Assembly (NCBI RefSeq): GCF_006345805.1
Contig: NC_043005.1
Coordinates: 57,598,001-57,662,000, forward strand
Reading direction: 5' to 3'
Length of the DNA stretch: 64,000 bases
Source: Octopus sinensis
Taxonomy: Eukaryota
Shown here one piece after another: positions 12,973-26,937 of this stretch (position 1 is its first letter; each line of letters starts with the position of its first letter). A program made the position numbers and the translations under genes. The notes beneath the pieces were generated by a model. That model saw nothing but the letters and a program-made list of their open reading frames with translations, searched no databases and was not told the DNA's origin.

Positions 12973-13406
12973 CAAACAAAAGCGAAAAGAAAACGGAATA
13001 GAAAAGCAAAAATAAATAAATAAATAAATAAATAAATATATAAATATATAAATAAATAGATAAATAAACAGGGTTATGTATCATGATCTATGAAACATAC
13101 ATAACCTATGTTAACACCTGAACAGTTCTCAATTTGTTACGTTCCCAACAGAACAAAAAGTAGTTGAATAAAAAATGGTGTTTCAATTATTTTGTCCAGC
13201 TCCTGTTCACGCAGTTATGTATGTATGTATGTATGTATGTATGTATGTATGTATGTATGTATGTATGTATGTATGTATGTATACATAATCATTCATACAT
13301 TGATACCGTCACCCACGTATATAATATACATTCATATACATTTACACATAAATGCATACATATACGTACGTACATACATACATACATACATACATACATA
13401 CATACA

Positions 13407-13437
<31 letters not shown>

Positions 13438-14199
13438 GTATACATGATATATTTACGCATGTATTTTTGTGTGTACATAAGTAAAACGTGCTTATTGAAG
13501 ATATCTTTTTTTAGTGAAACTGTACTACGATGTTCTTTTTATCTCTCTATAAAGGTAAATATACATTTCGCCGGAATGTCTTTAATATCAACTTACAACT
13601 AGAGCAAACATCGATAAAATCATATTACACGAGGTTTGTTTGATTCAGGATAATCATTGTTAGTTTGTTTTGTTATTCGAGCTTCACCTGCAGTTTCTGC
13701 TATTATTGTTAGTTGTTGCTGTTAATTCAATATTGATCGAGGCCCTCTTTGGGTTAAAAGCACTTTCTAACCACGACAATCACTGTTCTTTTTTTGTATA
13801 TAGGGAGTTTTCTATCATCCCTCTCTATCCATTGTCATGGTTCTTGTATAAGGTAGGGCGTAGCTTGAGAAATACTTGTCACCTTTTCTCTTGTAAGTCA
13901 AACTACTGTACAAAGGTTTCCTTGTTGTGGCTGTGGTTATTTTTTGGTAAACAGGAATAGTATAATTGCTGTTCGTAATGGTCCATGTTGTTGTTTGTAA
14001 TGGTGGTGATGGTAGCAGTGGTGGTGATGGTAGCAGTGGTGGTAGCTGCGATATCTTCATTTATTGTTGTTGTTGTTGTTGTTGTTCTTCTTCTTCTTCT
14101 TGTTCTTCTTGTTCTTCTTGTTGTTGTTCTTCTTCTTCTTTCTTCCTTTCTTCTTTTCTACAACTTCGTCTACTACTACTACTACTACTGCTGCTGCTG

Positions 14200-14249
<50 letters not shown>

Positions 14250-14317
14250 GCTGCTGCTACTGCTACTGCTACTGCTGCTGCTGCTACTGCTGGTACTGCT
14301 ACTGTTCTTGCCGCCGC

Positions 14318-14349
<32 letters not shown>

Positions 14350-14368
14350 CTGTTGTTGTTGTTGTTGT

Positions 14369-14543
14369 AGGGGTGATTAGGTGATGGTCTCGGGCTTAGG
14401 GGCGGGAGACCCCAGACCTTGGAAAAAAAAAACTTTGGTCGTCTTATTGTAGTCGAGGGCTCCTCCTTGACGCCCGACACCACTGGGAGGTGGCCCTCGA
14501 AGTCGCTGGAAATAGAGATCTCCAGGTCCAAATTCTTGGACGG
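14369..14543 (+). mobile_element. Short structured interspersed element inside trinucleotide arrays (strand arbitrary)
   Basis: Second copy in reverse orientation at 42499-42678; both copies lie within (CTG/GTT)n. Confidence 0.8.
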
Positions 14544-15116
14544 CTGCTGCTGTTGTTGCTGTTGTTGCTGCTGTTGTTACCTCTGCTCCTGCTGTTGCTA
14601 CTAGTACTATAATTACCACCACCACCACTACTGCTGCTGCGGTCTTAAGTAACGTTGCTTTAGTTTCTGAGTTCAGCTATCACCAAAAAGGTCATCTTTA
14701 TCTTCTGAGAAATTGTGGCCCCGGCAGTGGTGGTGGGGTCGATAATAAAAAATAAATAACTATTTTATTTAATGATCAGGATTTAATCGACTATAACCTA
14801 CCCCATCAATATTTTTTTCAATATCGTGCTAATATCAAGAAATCTTAAGAAATCTTAAGAAATCATTATTATACACCCGATGTGGCATATATATTTACCT
14901 ATCATCTAAGCGTAACAAGTCATGCACTTGAGATGAGAAAAAATTAAGGGCGTTGGTGAAAGCAAACAGTGGCCATTTTGAATGGTAAATATATGTGAAA
15001 TACAGGATGGAACAAAAAGTCATGCACCAAAACATTTGACATACTATTTGCACTGCCGTTAGCAACATCACCACCACCACCACCACCACCACCACCACCA
15101 CCACCACCGCTGTTAC

Positions 15117-15170
<54 letters not shown>

Positions 15171-15419
15171 TACTACTATTGTTATTATTATTATTATTAT
15201 CTTCTTTCAATTGTTTCCATTTCTTGCTTAGTGTCCTCCTGACACTTAGGGCAAAGAAACGCACTGTATATATTGGTAGGCCCTTAAAATAAACAAACCA
15301 GATGTTCATTTACAAATTCATCTGACAGAGAAAAAGGGGAAGAAAGACAGAAAGAAGAATGAAAAAAAAAATAAATAAAAAGTAAACAAAGAAAATAAAG
15401 GGGAAAAGGGAAAGAAAAT

Positions 15420-16690
15420 TCACACTTTATTGCTTTGGTCTTTCACAACAATATCTGGTTTATTTGCTTTGATGGTTCGGTCTGTACATATTGCAAAGTC
15501 CCAAAGAATCGTTACATTTTCTCCTTCAGTTACAGCCTCAGCTTATACCATTTGTCAGCAGTTTTGATTTTATAATGCCGACACATTATCCAATGGGCAT
15601 TCGTTTGTGATATGGGCAATAGTTTCATCCACTTTATTGCAGATGCGGCACAGCGGAGACACCTTCTCATACCTAAATCCCCGCAGGTACTCTCCTTTTG
15701 TCTTTTCTTTCATGTGGTTCTGTTTGATTCTATCTGCCTCAAGTTTTCCCAGATATTTATAGCTGGATTGAGGTTGAATTGCCTTCATCATTTCACCACT
15801 TGGCAACCCTATGCCTTCTGTCCTGACAAGACTTCCTCATCTCATCACCACCGTAGCAAATTTTAAGAGTCCAAACTCGATCTTGATATCATTGGGGAAA
15901 ATCCGCTCAGACTGGACTAGGCTGTCCAGTTCTGCCTCAGCTTTTGTGAATAGCATCAGGTCGTCTATGAATGGAAAGTGGTTCAGTTTTCCCTTACCTC
16001 TTCCTAGATCATAATCCAACTTTGTTTTCTGTAGTATTTCCCTCAAGGAGGATCATTCCCAGCACGAAGATCAGTAGGGACACACTGTCTCATTGGAAGA
16101 TTCCTCTCTCGATTTTCACCTCTCCCAATATTTGATTCCCTGCTGTCGTTTCCGTTCTCCAGCATTTCATGCTATTCCTTATAAGGTTTCTCATATTTTC
16201 TGCTACTCCATATATTTCCATTGTTCTTATTATCCAGGAGTCTGGTATCATATTGTATGCTTTGCGATAGTCAACCCATGCCATGCTCAGTTTTGTATGT
16301 CTTCTCTTGCAGTTCCTGATAATTAGATTATAAATTAAGAGCTGATCCTTCGTTATCCGGCTTGTCTTTCGGCACATTTTCTATTCAATAGGTAGCAGCC
16401 CACTTTCTTCCAAGTCTCTATACAGTTCACCGGCCAATGCACCTGACATTAGTTTCCACAGCGGAAGACACGTTATTGGTCTAAAGTTGGATGCAACATT
16501 TCCCTTTTCAGGATCCTTGGTGCATAACAATGTCTTTCCGTTTGTCATCCAGTTGGATACTGCGCATTCCTGCAAGAACTTATCTAGCTGCTGAGATATC
16601 CTTTCATGAAGCCCTCTGAGCTTCTTCATCCAATAACCATGGACGCCATCCGGTCCTGGACTCTTCCAATTTGGGAATTTTCTTAACTGC
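15420..16690 (-). pseudogene. R4/Dong-type non-LTR retrotransposon (RT, CCHC and RLE fragments)
   Basis: [72 protein letters not shown]. Confidence 0.9.
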
Positions 16691-17268
16691 TTTCTTCTTC
16701 TTCTTCTTCTCTTCTTCTTCTTCTTCTTCTTCTTCTTCTTCTTCTTCTTCTTCTTCTTCTTCTTCTTCTACTCCTCCCCCTCTCCTCCTCCCTCTCCCCC
16801 TCCACTGGGGTCAATGTAATCGACTTAGCGCCTTTCCCGAACTTTCACGCCTTGTGCCTATAGTAGAAAGGATTATTATTATTATTATCATCATTACTAT
16901 TATTACTATCGTCATCATCATCATTGCTGTTGTTGTTGTTGTTCTTATTATTTTTGTTGTTATTGAACCTATGTTGCTGTCCCCATCTTCTGGGACTTCT
17001 CATTTCATTCCTATTGAATACTGTTGACTTCTATTATTATTTGAAATAACAACTAAAAAGGTTTTAGTTTCTTTTCCAGGATTTTACGTTTTATTTGTGA
17101 TACAACTGGGAGTTGCCCTCTCTATAGTTTACTATAAACAGTTTTAAAAAAGAAGTTTGTGTCGAATTTCATGTTTTCTGTATCTACTTGGGAGAGAACT
17201 AGTTATTATCTATACATAAACACACACACAAACGCATACATAAATATACACATCCATATGTAAGTCGT

Positions 17269-17305
<37 letters not shown>

Positions 17306-17409
17306 ATATATATATATTATATATATATATATATTATATATATATATATGTATGTATATATATATATACATAAATGTATACATACACTCACGTACACACA
17401 TATACGCGC

Positions 17410-17478
<69 letters not shown>

Positions 17479-18289
17479 TACAGGAAATGGACTATATGAG
17501 AAACTTTATGCACACATGCATACATACACACGCATATGTTTCTATCAAACTTTATTTATGTAGCTATATCTATTTATCTAGATGTTATATTATATTAAAC
17601 ACACACACGCGCGCGTATGTACGTACATACATACATACATTGCAGTACTTGACCTTTTCCCGAAATATTTTCGTCTTTTTTCTTAACAAAAATAACCATC
17701 GCCTTCGATGTGCTAGTGAGAAAAGAATCTTGCAAAGGTGATGACGCCTTCCGGAATGTAAATATAAAGTCTTTTGTCTTTCAGATGAAAAGGTAAACTG
17801 TATTGGTGGAAAAAATAGAGAGAATTAGTTTGAAAGAGAAAGGAAAGAAAAACTAACAATAAGATTTGAGAAAAGTTAATGTGACGAAGATAACACTAAG
17901 AACATTAGCAACAAGAGCACCGCTGACATTGACGTCATTAACAACTACAACAAAAATACAGAAATGACACGGTAATGCAAAAAATAATGACAATAATTCT
18001 TTCTTTTTGCCAACCTAAATGTGGGTTAGGAGGAACTGGATTTAGGATGGAAGAAACAATGAACGATATACGAGGTAAGATCAAAACGTATGGGGGTTCT
18101 TTACCTTTTGACCGACAGATTTAAAAAATAATTTTTGGTAACCAGACACTTTCAAACTTCGGACACTGGTAGAATGTGTCATATAAAACATCTTTTACTC
18201 TTAGCATTTTTGAGAAGAACTTATTTCACGTTAAAGTTGTCCTATTTCGGTAATTTCAACCAATCAATGACGTGTATTCAGCTGAATAA

Positions 18290-18500
18290 AGTTACTGCCG
18301 TTGTCTGTCAACATCAACTATCGGCAGTGTATTTTTTCGTTGTCACTATTATTTATGACATCGTTTGTGCGTTTGTACTGGTTTTAGCTTTAAAGTTTTA
18401 GGGTTAGGGTTAGGGTTTTAGGGTTAGGGTTGTCATAAATAACAGTGACAAACCAAATATACTCCGCCGGAAGTTCTTGTTGACAAACAACAGCACTAAT
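18290..18500. repeat. Inverted-repeat element enclosing (TTAGGG)n
   Basis: Arms ~18290-18360 and ~18431-18500; ttaggg units at 18398-18430. Confidence 0.65.
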
Positions 18501-18539
18501 TTACGTCGCACTAAAACAATAACCAATATGGTCGACCAA

Positions 18540-19120
18540 CACTGTCGACCATTGGAGACGCCCAAATTTGAATAGCCGATCTGTTTGTTTAATCACTTCT
18601 ATTTTTTCCTGTCTAATTCCTTATTAATTTGTCCCAGTGCTGCAAACGGTACATTACGTTTGGGTTTGAAAACTGGTAATGAAACATCAGGGAACAAACG
18701 TTTTACTTCTTTTTTTATATTTTTTTAATCTGCATTTGGCGTACGATCCCATTACATTTTTATAAAATTCTATTTATGGGTAAATCCCATAAGTCGAACA
18801 ATTTCATCCATTCAGTTCCAAAAAAAGGTTGCTTGTATTTTTTAATACATAAGTTTTCGCTTTCATAGTCTTACCGCGAAATGCAACGTTGCAGATAATT
18901 TAGCCTTTAAAAATTGATTTAATCCCGGAGACTCCACGTGCAATCTTCGAGGTTTTTTGTAGTGTAGGTTCCCCGATTGCTTTCTATGTGTTTTCATTAA
19001 TTAAAGTACTGCCATTACCTGAATCTAACTGTAATTTTACATTTGTATTATATATTTTTACATACACAAATTCCCTTTGAGTCTCGTTTATATTTCTTGT
19101 TGACGATAAACTATCTATAT
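18540..19120 (-). pseudogene. Ty3/Gypsy pol remnant (protease and start of RT)
   Basis: VKLQLDSG (aspartic protease motif), IGEPTLQKT, FDLWDLPIN, PVFKPKRNVPFAAL..INKELDR. Confidence 0.8.
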
Positions 19121-19407
19121 TATTCTGCATTTGTGCGTTCAAGTCGCTGGCACAATTGAAATGTTTTACATTATGAAACAATGTCATGAAGAATTATAAA
19201 TCTATGTATGAACGATATATCGATAGATAGTTTAAAGTGGAATAACTTTAGTTAGCAAATAGCTGTGAACGTTGCTCTTTTCTCTTTTCCTGGGGCCATG
19301 CTGGGCGCTGCCATTATTCATTTGTGTAAGTGTGTGTGTTATTAGTTTTAAATATCTATCGGTGTTATGAGGGTAAGTAGATATGTTAGTTAATTAGAGA
19401 GACAAAC

Positions 19408-19466
<59 letters not shown>

Positions 19467-20029
19467 AAGATAGATAGATATTACATTGAGTTCTCAAAGT
19501 TTGAAGGTATTTTGTGTGTTCGCATACAATAGCTATTTCATATACACTTATATCAGTTCCTGTTTTATATTTCTATGTATATAAGTACGTCACATGCAGT
19601 TTGTATAGTCCCGTTTATAATATAGAATGTTTGTCTCTAATTTAGTGAGTAGGCTCATGTTTTTTTTCCTATCTGCATATCATAATGGTAAAATAGTTTG
19701 TAGTTATATATTTATCTATTTTGTAAATAAGTAATAAAGATTGTAAATAATAAACATTTAATCAATATATACGAATAAGTTTTATCTTTTTAAATCACTT
19801 TTTTATTTTCTTAAATTATAAAGCACATCATAACTGTCAAACATATGAAGAGAAGGTGAATAAGCAATATCCTTTTAGTTCATTTCAATTATCTTTAAAA
19901 GTACAATTTTGATTAAATGGCAGAATTTCAAAAGAATTTTTTGTTAGTGTTTAAAATATTAACATAATATTTTCAAATATGCTAACTTATATCGTGGAAT
20001 TTCTCCGTATCCTGCTAGTAATAATAATA

Positions 20030-20510
20030 ATGGTTTAAAAGATTTGGCTGAAAGCCAAAAATTTCAGGGAAAGGGGGTTAGTAGATTATATCTACCAGAG
20101 TATTCAACTGGTGCTTATCTTGACCCCGAAAGGATGAAAGGCAAAGTCGACCTCGGCGGAATGTGAACTCAAAACGTAAAGACAGGCGACATACTATTAA
20201 GCATTTTTATTTCTTTATTGCCCACAGAGGGTTAAACATAGAGGGAACAAACAAGGACGAAGAGAATAAGTCGATTATATCGACCCCAGTGCGTAACTGG
20301 TACAATTTAATCGACCCCGAAAGGATAAAAGACATCGGCGAAATTTGAACTCAGAACGTAACGGTAGACGAAATACCTATTTCTTTACTACCCACAAGGG
20401 ACTAAACTCAGAAAGGACAAACAAGGACAGACAAACGGATTAAGTCGATTATATCGACACCAGTGCGTAACTGGTACTTATTTAATCAGCCCCGAAAGGA
20501 TGAAAGGCAA
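20030..20510 (-). mobile_element. Three nested or tandem family 2 SINE units
   Basis: Repeated ccccgaaaggat..aaagtcgac; tail junctions near 20207 and 20376. Confidence 0.85.
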
Positions 20511-20729
20511 AATTGGTAAATTGGTTCAATATCGTACTTACGATCGAGTAGTACGGAGTGCTTTCTGTGTGAACCTAATAATTCTGCTAAAGTTTATTTA
20601 GGTAACTACATCCAAGTATTTATTTGGGTAATAATATTTTACACCCGACCTGTACACGCATGTCATAACACCTTTCTTTCCTTTTCCTTCTCTGTCATCC
20701 CTTTTCCCCTTCTCTTTCGATATATGTAT

Positions 20730-21479
20730 TGAAAGTGTTTTGCGTAGGATGTGTGCAGTGCCTAGTAGTGCAATTTTCTGTATATTATATGTGTATGTAA
20801 GTCCTGGTGTTTTTGTTATGTATTTGTCTGAATATTTTTATCATGCCTAATGCACCTACTATGATAGGAATTGTTTCTGTTTTTAGATTCCACATTCTAG
20901 TTACCTCTATTTCCAGGTCTTTGTATTTTGAAAGTTTCTCCATTTCTTTTAGACACGTTGTCATCTGCTGGTATTGATACATCAATTAGAAAGCATTTTT
21001 TCTTCACGATCTCTGACAACTATATCTGGCCTGTTGGCCTTAATTTCTCTATCTGTGTATTGGCATATCCCAGAGTATGGTTGCTTTCTCGTTTTCTGTG
21101 ACTTTTTCTAGTGTGTGCCTATACCATCTTTTCTCTATTGTTATTCCATAATGTTGGCATAGCTGCTAGTGTATGTAGGTCCCAACTCTGTCGTGTCTGT
21201 GAATATATTCCTTCTTAGCCAGGACTGGGCAGCCAGAGATAATATGATTTATTGTTTCTTGTCCATCTCCACATATTCTGCAGCTACTTGTTATGTTTCT
21301 TTTCATTATATGATTTTGGTAATTTCTGGTGGGGAGGCTTTGGTCTTGTGCAGCAATTAATAATCCCTCTGTCTCTGCTTTGAGTCCTGAGCTTCTCAAC
21401 TATTGCTGGAATTTTTCTTTGTCTGTTTCTTTTGCATTTAGTTTAGTCCAGTATTTGCCGTGAAGGGGCTTTTCTTGCC

Positions 21480-21481
<2 letters not shown>
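20730..21481 (-). pseudogene. 5'-truncated R4/Dong element 3' end (CCHC and restriction-like endonuclease)
   Basis: WQEKPLHG, ETEGLLIAAQDQ, CRICGDGQETINHIISGCP, RHD, NRPDIVV, LIDVSIP, EKLSKYKDL, PIIVGALG; abuts (TTA)n at 21482-21550. Confidence 0.92.
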
Positions 21482-21546
<65 letters not shown>

Positions 21547-22662
21547 TATTATGTTTAAGGTTACAATGAAGTTGAAAACCATAACGGAACTCAAAGGTAC
21601 AAGCTATCAAATGCTCGTTTGCTTTTTAGGACGGATGTGTTAAGTCTGGAAAAGCTTTTTAGTGATTTACTTTCAAACAACAGCATAGTTTGCTGTTTTT
21701 ATATAGATATTTTCACAACTGATTTCTTTTGGTTTATTATCTGTCATTTCATTCATTCAGCAACTTAAACAGCCCGTCTCAATAAATCTTATATTTACTT
21801 TGTTCCTTCTTTTCACCATGCACACAATTCAAAGGCCTTTCCGTTTGTTTGTGAAGTTTTTTTTTCTTTACGATGTGACACGTCATATTAATAATCTACA
21901 TCTGTTTTTAATGCATATACTTCAAATTTTAAATATGACATTTTCCTACAGTGGAAGATTTCAAAAAAAAAAAAACATATTTAAAATCTCAATACCGATT
22001 TTTTGTTTTCCTTTTTAATAAAACAGAACTTTCTAATCAGTTTTTCCTCCTTTGAACATATTACTTCTTGGTCGTCAATGTATTGTTACACCGTTGAACA
22101 TAAGCATTCCCAGAAGGCATTTTAGATCTAGACAGAAGATAATGGGCTGTTTTCCTCTTTCTCTTTTACGACCTACACACGCTTCATGTATCTCACACAG
22201 CTTTAAATCTCTTTTACATTCTTGTTTTCACCGCGTTGTTTAATCTTTGCTAATCATATGTTAATGATAGAACAATTTTTTATCCGGAATCCAAATTACA
22301 GCTTTGCCACTAACATAATTTTCCTTTAATCTAAGTGATTAAATACTTCACTCTATACAAAAAATGTTATATTAATACATCTGGAATTTTGACTCCTCTC
22401 AGCTGTTATGAATTTTTAAAAATATTTCACTGTATTTTCTTTCATCTACAATTCACCATTCATTCTGATTATGCATCTCCAAACGTCACATCTTTTCCAA
22501 TGCTAACCGTTATAATTTGCGCTTTTTTCCCCAGAAAAGTACACACTTCTTCTTCTTCTTCTCTTCTTCTTCTTCTTCTTCTTCTTCTCTTCTTCTTCTT
22601 CTTCTTCTTCTTTTCTTCTTCTTCTTCTTCTTCTTCTCTCTTTCTCTCTCTCTCTCTCTCTT

Positions 22663-22702
<40 letters not shown>

Positions 22703-23124
22703 TAACAAGCTACTCCAACAGTTGATCTTTCATATATGTCACTCGTCCTCTTAGATACCTCTACACACAACATTCCTTGCAAAAAAATGTTTCATCAGTT
22801 GTTTGCTGAAAGTAGCAATTCTCTCTGTAATCTCTTTGAATGATTCTATCAAGCTTTGCTGAATAGTATCACATTTATCACAAACTCAACAACTGGAACT
22901 ACTCTTTTACTTGTTTCAGTCATTTGACTGTGGCCATGCTGGAGCACCACCTTTTTAGTCGCGCAAATCGACCCCAGGACTTATTCTTTGTAAGCCTAGT
23001 ACTTATTCTATCGATCTCTTTTGCCGAACCGCTAAGTTACGGGGACGTAAACGCACCAGCATTGGTTGTCAAGCGATGTTGGGGGGACAAACACAGACTC
23101 ACAAACATATACACATACACATAC

Positions 23125-23177
<53 letters not shown>

Positions 23178-23185
<8 letters not shown>

Positions 23186-24701
23186 TTCAAAACATTAGAG
23201 TTCGCCGGTTAAATATACTAAAACACGGAGTAAAAGCAACCATTCTGATCATTTTGGCCGCTATGGGTTTTGCAGTAAATCACTAAATCATCCATAACAT
23301 TTTTATTATCCTCTCAAATTACACCAAAATCTCAGGCAATAACAAATAATATCGTATTCATTGTTTGTGAAAATTATAAAATATAAAACAACTTTGATAA
23401 AAAATTATATCTACTTTTCTGACGAAAACAATGCCGTTCTGAACATTTTGGCTGCCACTGTATATATATATATATATTATATATATATATATATTATATA
23501 TATATATATTATATTATATAAGATTGTTAACAAGTCAAAAAGTGTTGTACACCGTATTCTTAAGGTCTACGATGATTGTGGTTCGTGTGAAGCAAGAAAG
23601 TTTACAGCGGCAGGCCAAGGAAAACGACCAAGAGAGAAGATCGTGCTATGGTTAAAGTTGGTTAAAAAGGACAGATTTAAAACTGCTGCTGCTGTTTCTC
23701 GGAAAATGAGCATTGTATTGAAGAAAACTTTATCTCGAAAAACTCTGTCTCGTCGTTTAGTTGAACATGACCTACAAGCAAGAGCACCTGCAGTGAAGCC
23801 ACTGATCAGCTCCAAGAATAAAAAGTGTTGTCTTACCTTTGCAACCGAACATGTGTTGTGGTCTCAAGAAAAATGGCAAACGGTGCATTTCAGTGATGAA
23901 TCTAAGTTTATGTTATTTGGCTCAGATGGGAAAAGTAGGTGAAAAATTATCGCCTAAATGCCTTAAGACTAGTATTAAATTCGGTGGAGGAAGTGTCATG
24001 GTTTGGGGTATGATATCTGGAGATGGTGTGGGCCCTTTGGTGCGATTACATGGAAAGGTAAATGCAGGAGTTTATAAACAACTTGTAAAAGATCATGTCT
24101 TGCCTGTGCTGAGAAATTCAACTAAGCGACCATCCATATTCATGCAGGACAATGCCCCATGTCACAAGGCTAAGGTGGTCATAAACTTCCTCAAGCTGAA
24201 AAGGTTTATGTTATGGATTGGCCTGCTCAAAGCCCAGATCTCAATCCTATTGAAAATGTATGGAATATCTAGAGAACGTTCGAAAGCCAGAAATCCTGAA
24301 ACAACTGAGCAATTACGGAATGCCCTTCAGGAAGAATGGAATAAGATCACCCAGCAAAAATTGAAAATTTAATTTCCTCATGCAGTCGAAGATGTCAGAG
24401 TGTGATTGAAGCTAAAGGGCTTCACACGAAATATTAAATAATTCCAGTATTCTCTGTCATTTTTGATTATTTTGTTATTTTTTAACCGTTCTGATCATTT
24501 TGGCTGCCATAGTTTTGCAGTAAATCACTAAATCATCCATAACTTTTGTATTATCCTCTCAATTTACAACAAAATCTCAGACAATAACAATTAATATTGT
24601 ATTTATTGTCTGTGAAAATTATAGAATATAGAACTATTTTGAATACAAACTTATACTTACTTTTCTGACGAAAACAATGCCGTCTGAACATTTTGGCCGC
24701 C

Positions 24702-24706
<5 letters not shown>
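23178..24706 (+). mobile_element. Tc1 (IR/DR-type) transposon with rearranged left end
   Basis: ~218-bp terminal repeats at 23243-23460 and 24489-24704, each with internal ctga.cattttggc.gc direct repeats; TA flanks. Confidence 0.85.
23520..24435 (+). pseudogene. Tc1 DD34E-type transposase, frameshifted
   Basis: VHFSDESKF, GGGSVMVWG, FMQDNAPCH, WPAQSPDLNPIENVW. Confidence 0.92.
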
Positions 24707-24743
<37 letters not shown>

Positions 24744-25302
24744 GACGGGCTTCTTTCAGTTTCCGTCTACCAAATCCACTCACAAGGCTTTGATCGGCCC
24801 GAGGCTATAGTAGAAGACACTTGACGAAGGCGCCACGTAGTGGGACTGAATCCGGAGCCATATGATTGGTAAGAAAGCTACTTACCACACAGCCACTCCT
24901 GCGCCTGCAATAACAAACAAACAATTAATAATTGCAATTATTCTTATAATAGCAAATGTATAATTAATAAAAATAACGATAAGAAGAAACAAATTATTAC
25001 CTTAAATACCAACACCACTGATAATCCTTATAATGCTCCAAATAACAATATTAAACATTAACTCTACTAAATCCAAAATTGATTATAAACTATCTATAAA
25101 TAAAAACCATCCTGATGAATCTAATACGATTTGGTTAATCATTCTATATGCAATACAAATTAAAAATAATATAGTTAAATCCATATTTTATTTTTTTATT
25201 TATCTAGTTTCAGCTCACAAGCTGTGGCCATGCTGGGGCACCAGGGCGATTTATAAATATTTTAACATCGATAAACCCTTTGGGGCTTTAATTCTGTTAT
25301 AA

Positions 25303-25690
25303 TTCTCTTCCTCCCAAGTATTTACACATAACTAAATTAATAATAATGATTATAACCCTTATATCTCACATTATCGTTGCCTCCATGGCTACACATTAAT
25401 AACTACTATTACATATACTTAGAAACTATTTAATAATCTTTAACCATACATATATTCTTTGATAATCATTAACATATATATCTAAATGAAAATTCATATG
25501 TGCCCATTTATTTATACCTCTTCGGAACCCTTTGGAACCATTTTTTCAACTTACATATTTTTCTCCCTCCTATAACATTTATACATAACTAAATATCATT
25601 GACTCTATAACTCACATTAATACAACGTCGTTGCCTTTACTACTTCACATCAATAACTATAATTTTACATATAATTATAAACTATTTTGC
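25303..25690. repeat. Old diverged direct duplication, period ~258 bp
   Basis: ttctc..cataactaaat..ctcacatta..tcgttgcct..aataacta appears twice. Confidence 0.65.
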
Positions 25691-26586
25691 AAGCTACTTA
25701 GTTCATATATGTGAGTGATTTTACGTATTTTTTCTTTTTCTTGTACTTATGCGAATGTATGTATATGCGCACATACCTACACAGGTGTGCAAATAAATTC
25801 GCCGAACCTTTTTTACGACATTTGTTTTACGATATTTTTTACGTTATTATTACGCTCTATCTTTTACTTTTGAAATTAAGGTTATTATATTTTATCATTT
25901 TAAAATTTTTTCTCAGTAGACTTCGTTATATATCTTATACTTTTTGCAGTTTGTCATTCATTCGTATTTGCTTACGTCCACTTTTATCTATAGTTTTTAT
26001 CCGAATATATATTTCCTTGTCACTGTTTATTTTATCATCACTATATTTTATATTCTTTTCATTATTATATTATAATTTTCTTCATTCCAGCATATTATTA
26101 ATTTATATGTATGTTCATAGGCATAAGTCACGTTTGATTTTAGTTTTGTAAATTTTTAATTATTAATTAATTAAATTATGGCGTGAACTGCAAGGTTCGG
26201 CGATTTTCATTTATTATGCACACCCGCATGCTTGTTTGTTAGTTACATTCGTAACTGATAAAATATAAAAATATAGGAATAGTTATAGAATTATAAATAG
26301 TTATGGAGAGTCCTGATGATTGGGGTTGCAGTTAATACATGTTTCTGAAAAAGACTGCGGGTCTCGGAAACGTTAAACGCACCTCATGAAACATGTGTAG
26401 AAGAGAAATTTGGAACTGAAATAGTAAGTATTAAAATAAAATTCTATGATATGGTGTGATGTATATTAGGATTTTATGAATTGCATGGGGACTTCTATCT
26501 CTAAATGACATATATTTCCTTATCGAGAATAATTCAATTTATTTGAATCCCTGAGACGCCGGATTTTTATTCCAATTAATATATAT

Positions 26587-26664
<78 letters not shown>

Positions 26665-26709
26665 CCATTTCTAAGTCTCTCTAAAGGAGACTACGGCAGC
26701 GGTACTGGA

Positions 26710-26850
26710 AATTAACAGTTATCGCGAAGCTAATATGGCAGTCCATAATTTAAGACTAAAGTTAGAGGCGATGGCCTCTTGGAGCTAATCAACTGCAGCT
26801 TTAGTCTTAAATTTATGGACTGCCATATTAGCTTGGCGATAACTGTTAAT

Positions 26851-26851
<1 letters not shown>
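26710..26851. repeat. Inverted repeat between (TA)n tracts
   Basis: 26710-26762 is the reverse complement of 26798-26851. Confidence 0.85.

Positions 26852-26937
<86 letters not shown>

Larger units (their letters stand above)
22902..24907 (-). mobile_element. Family 3 composite SINE split by a Tc1 insertion in its internal (TA)n
   Basis: Tail half 22902-23100, head half 24743-24907; intact arrangement seen at 38922-39260. Confidence 0.75.

Noticed and set aside
13966-14628. Poly-L/S/T/C ORFs and the many YIYI, CVCV and HTHT ORFs elsewhere
   Set aside because: Translations of microsatellites
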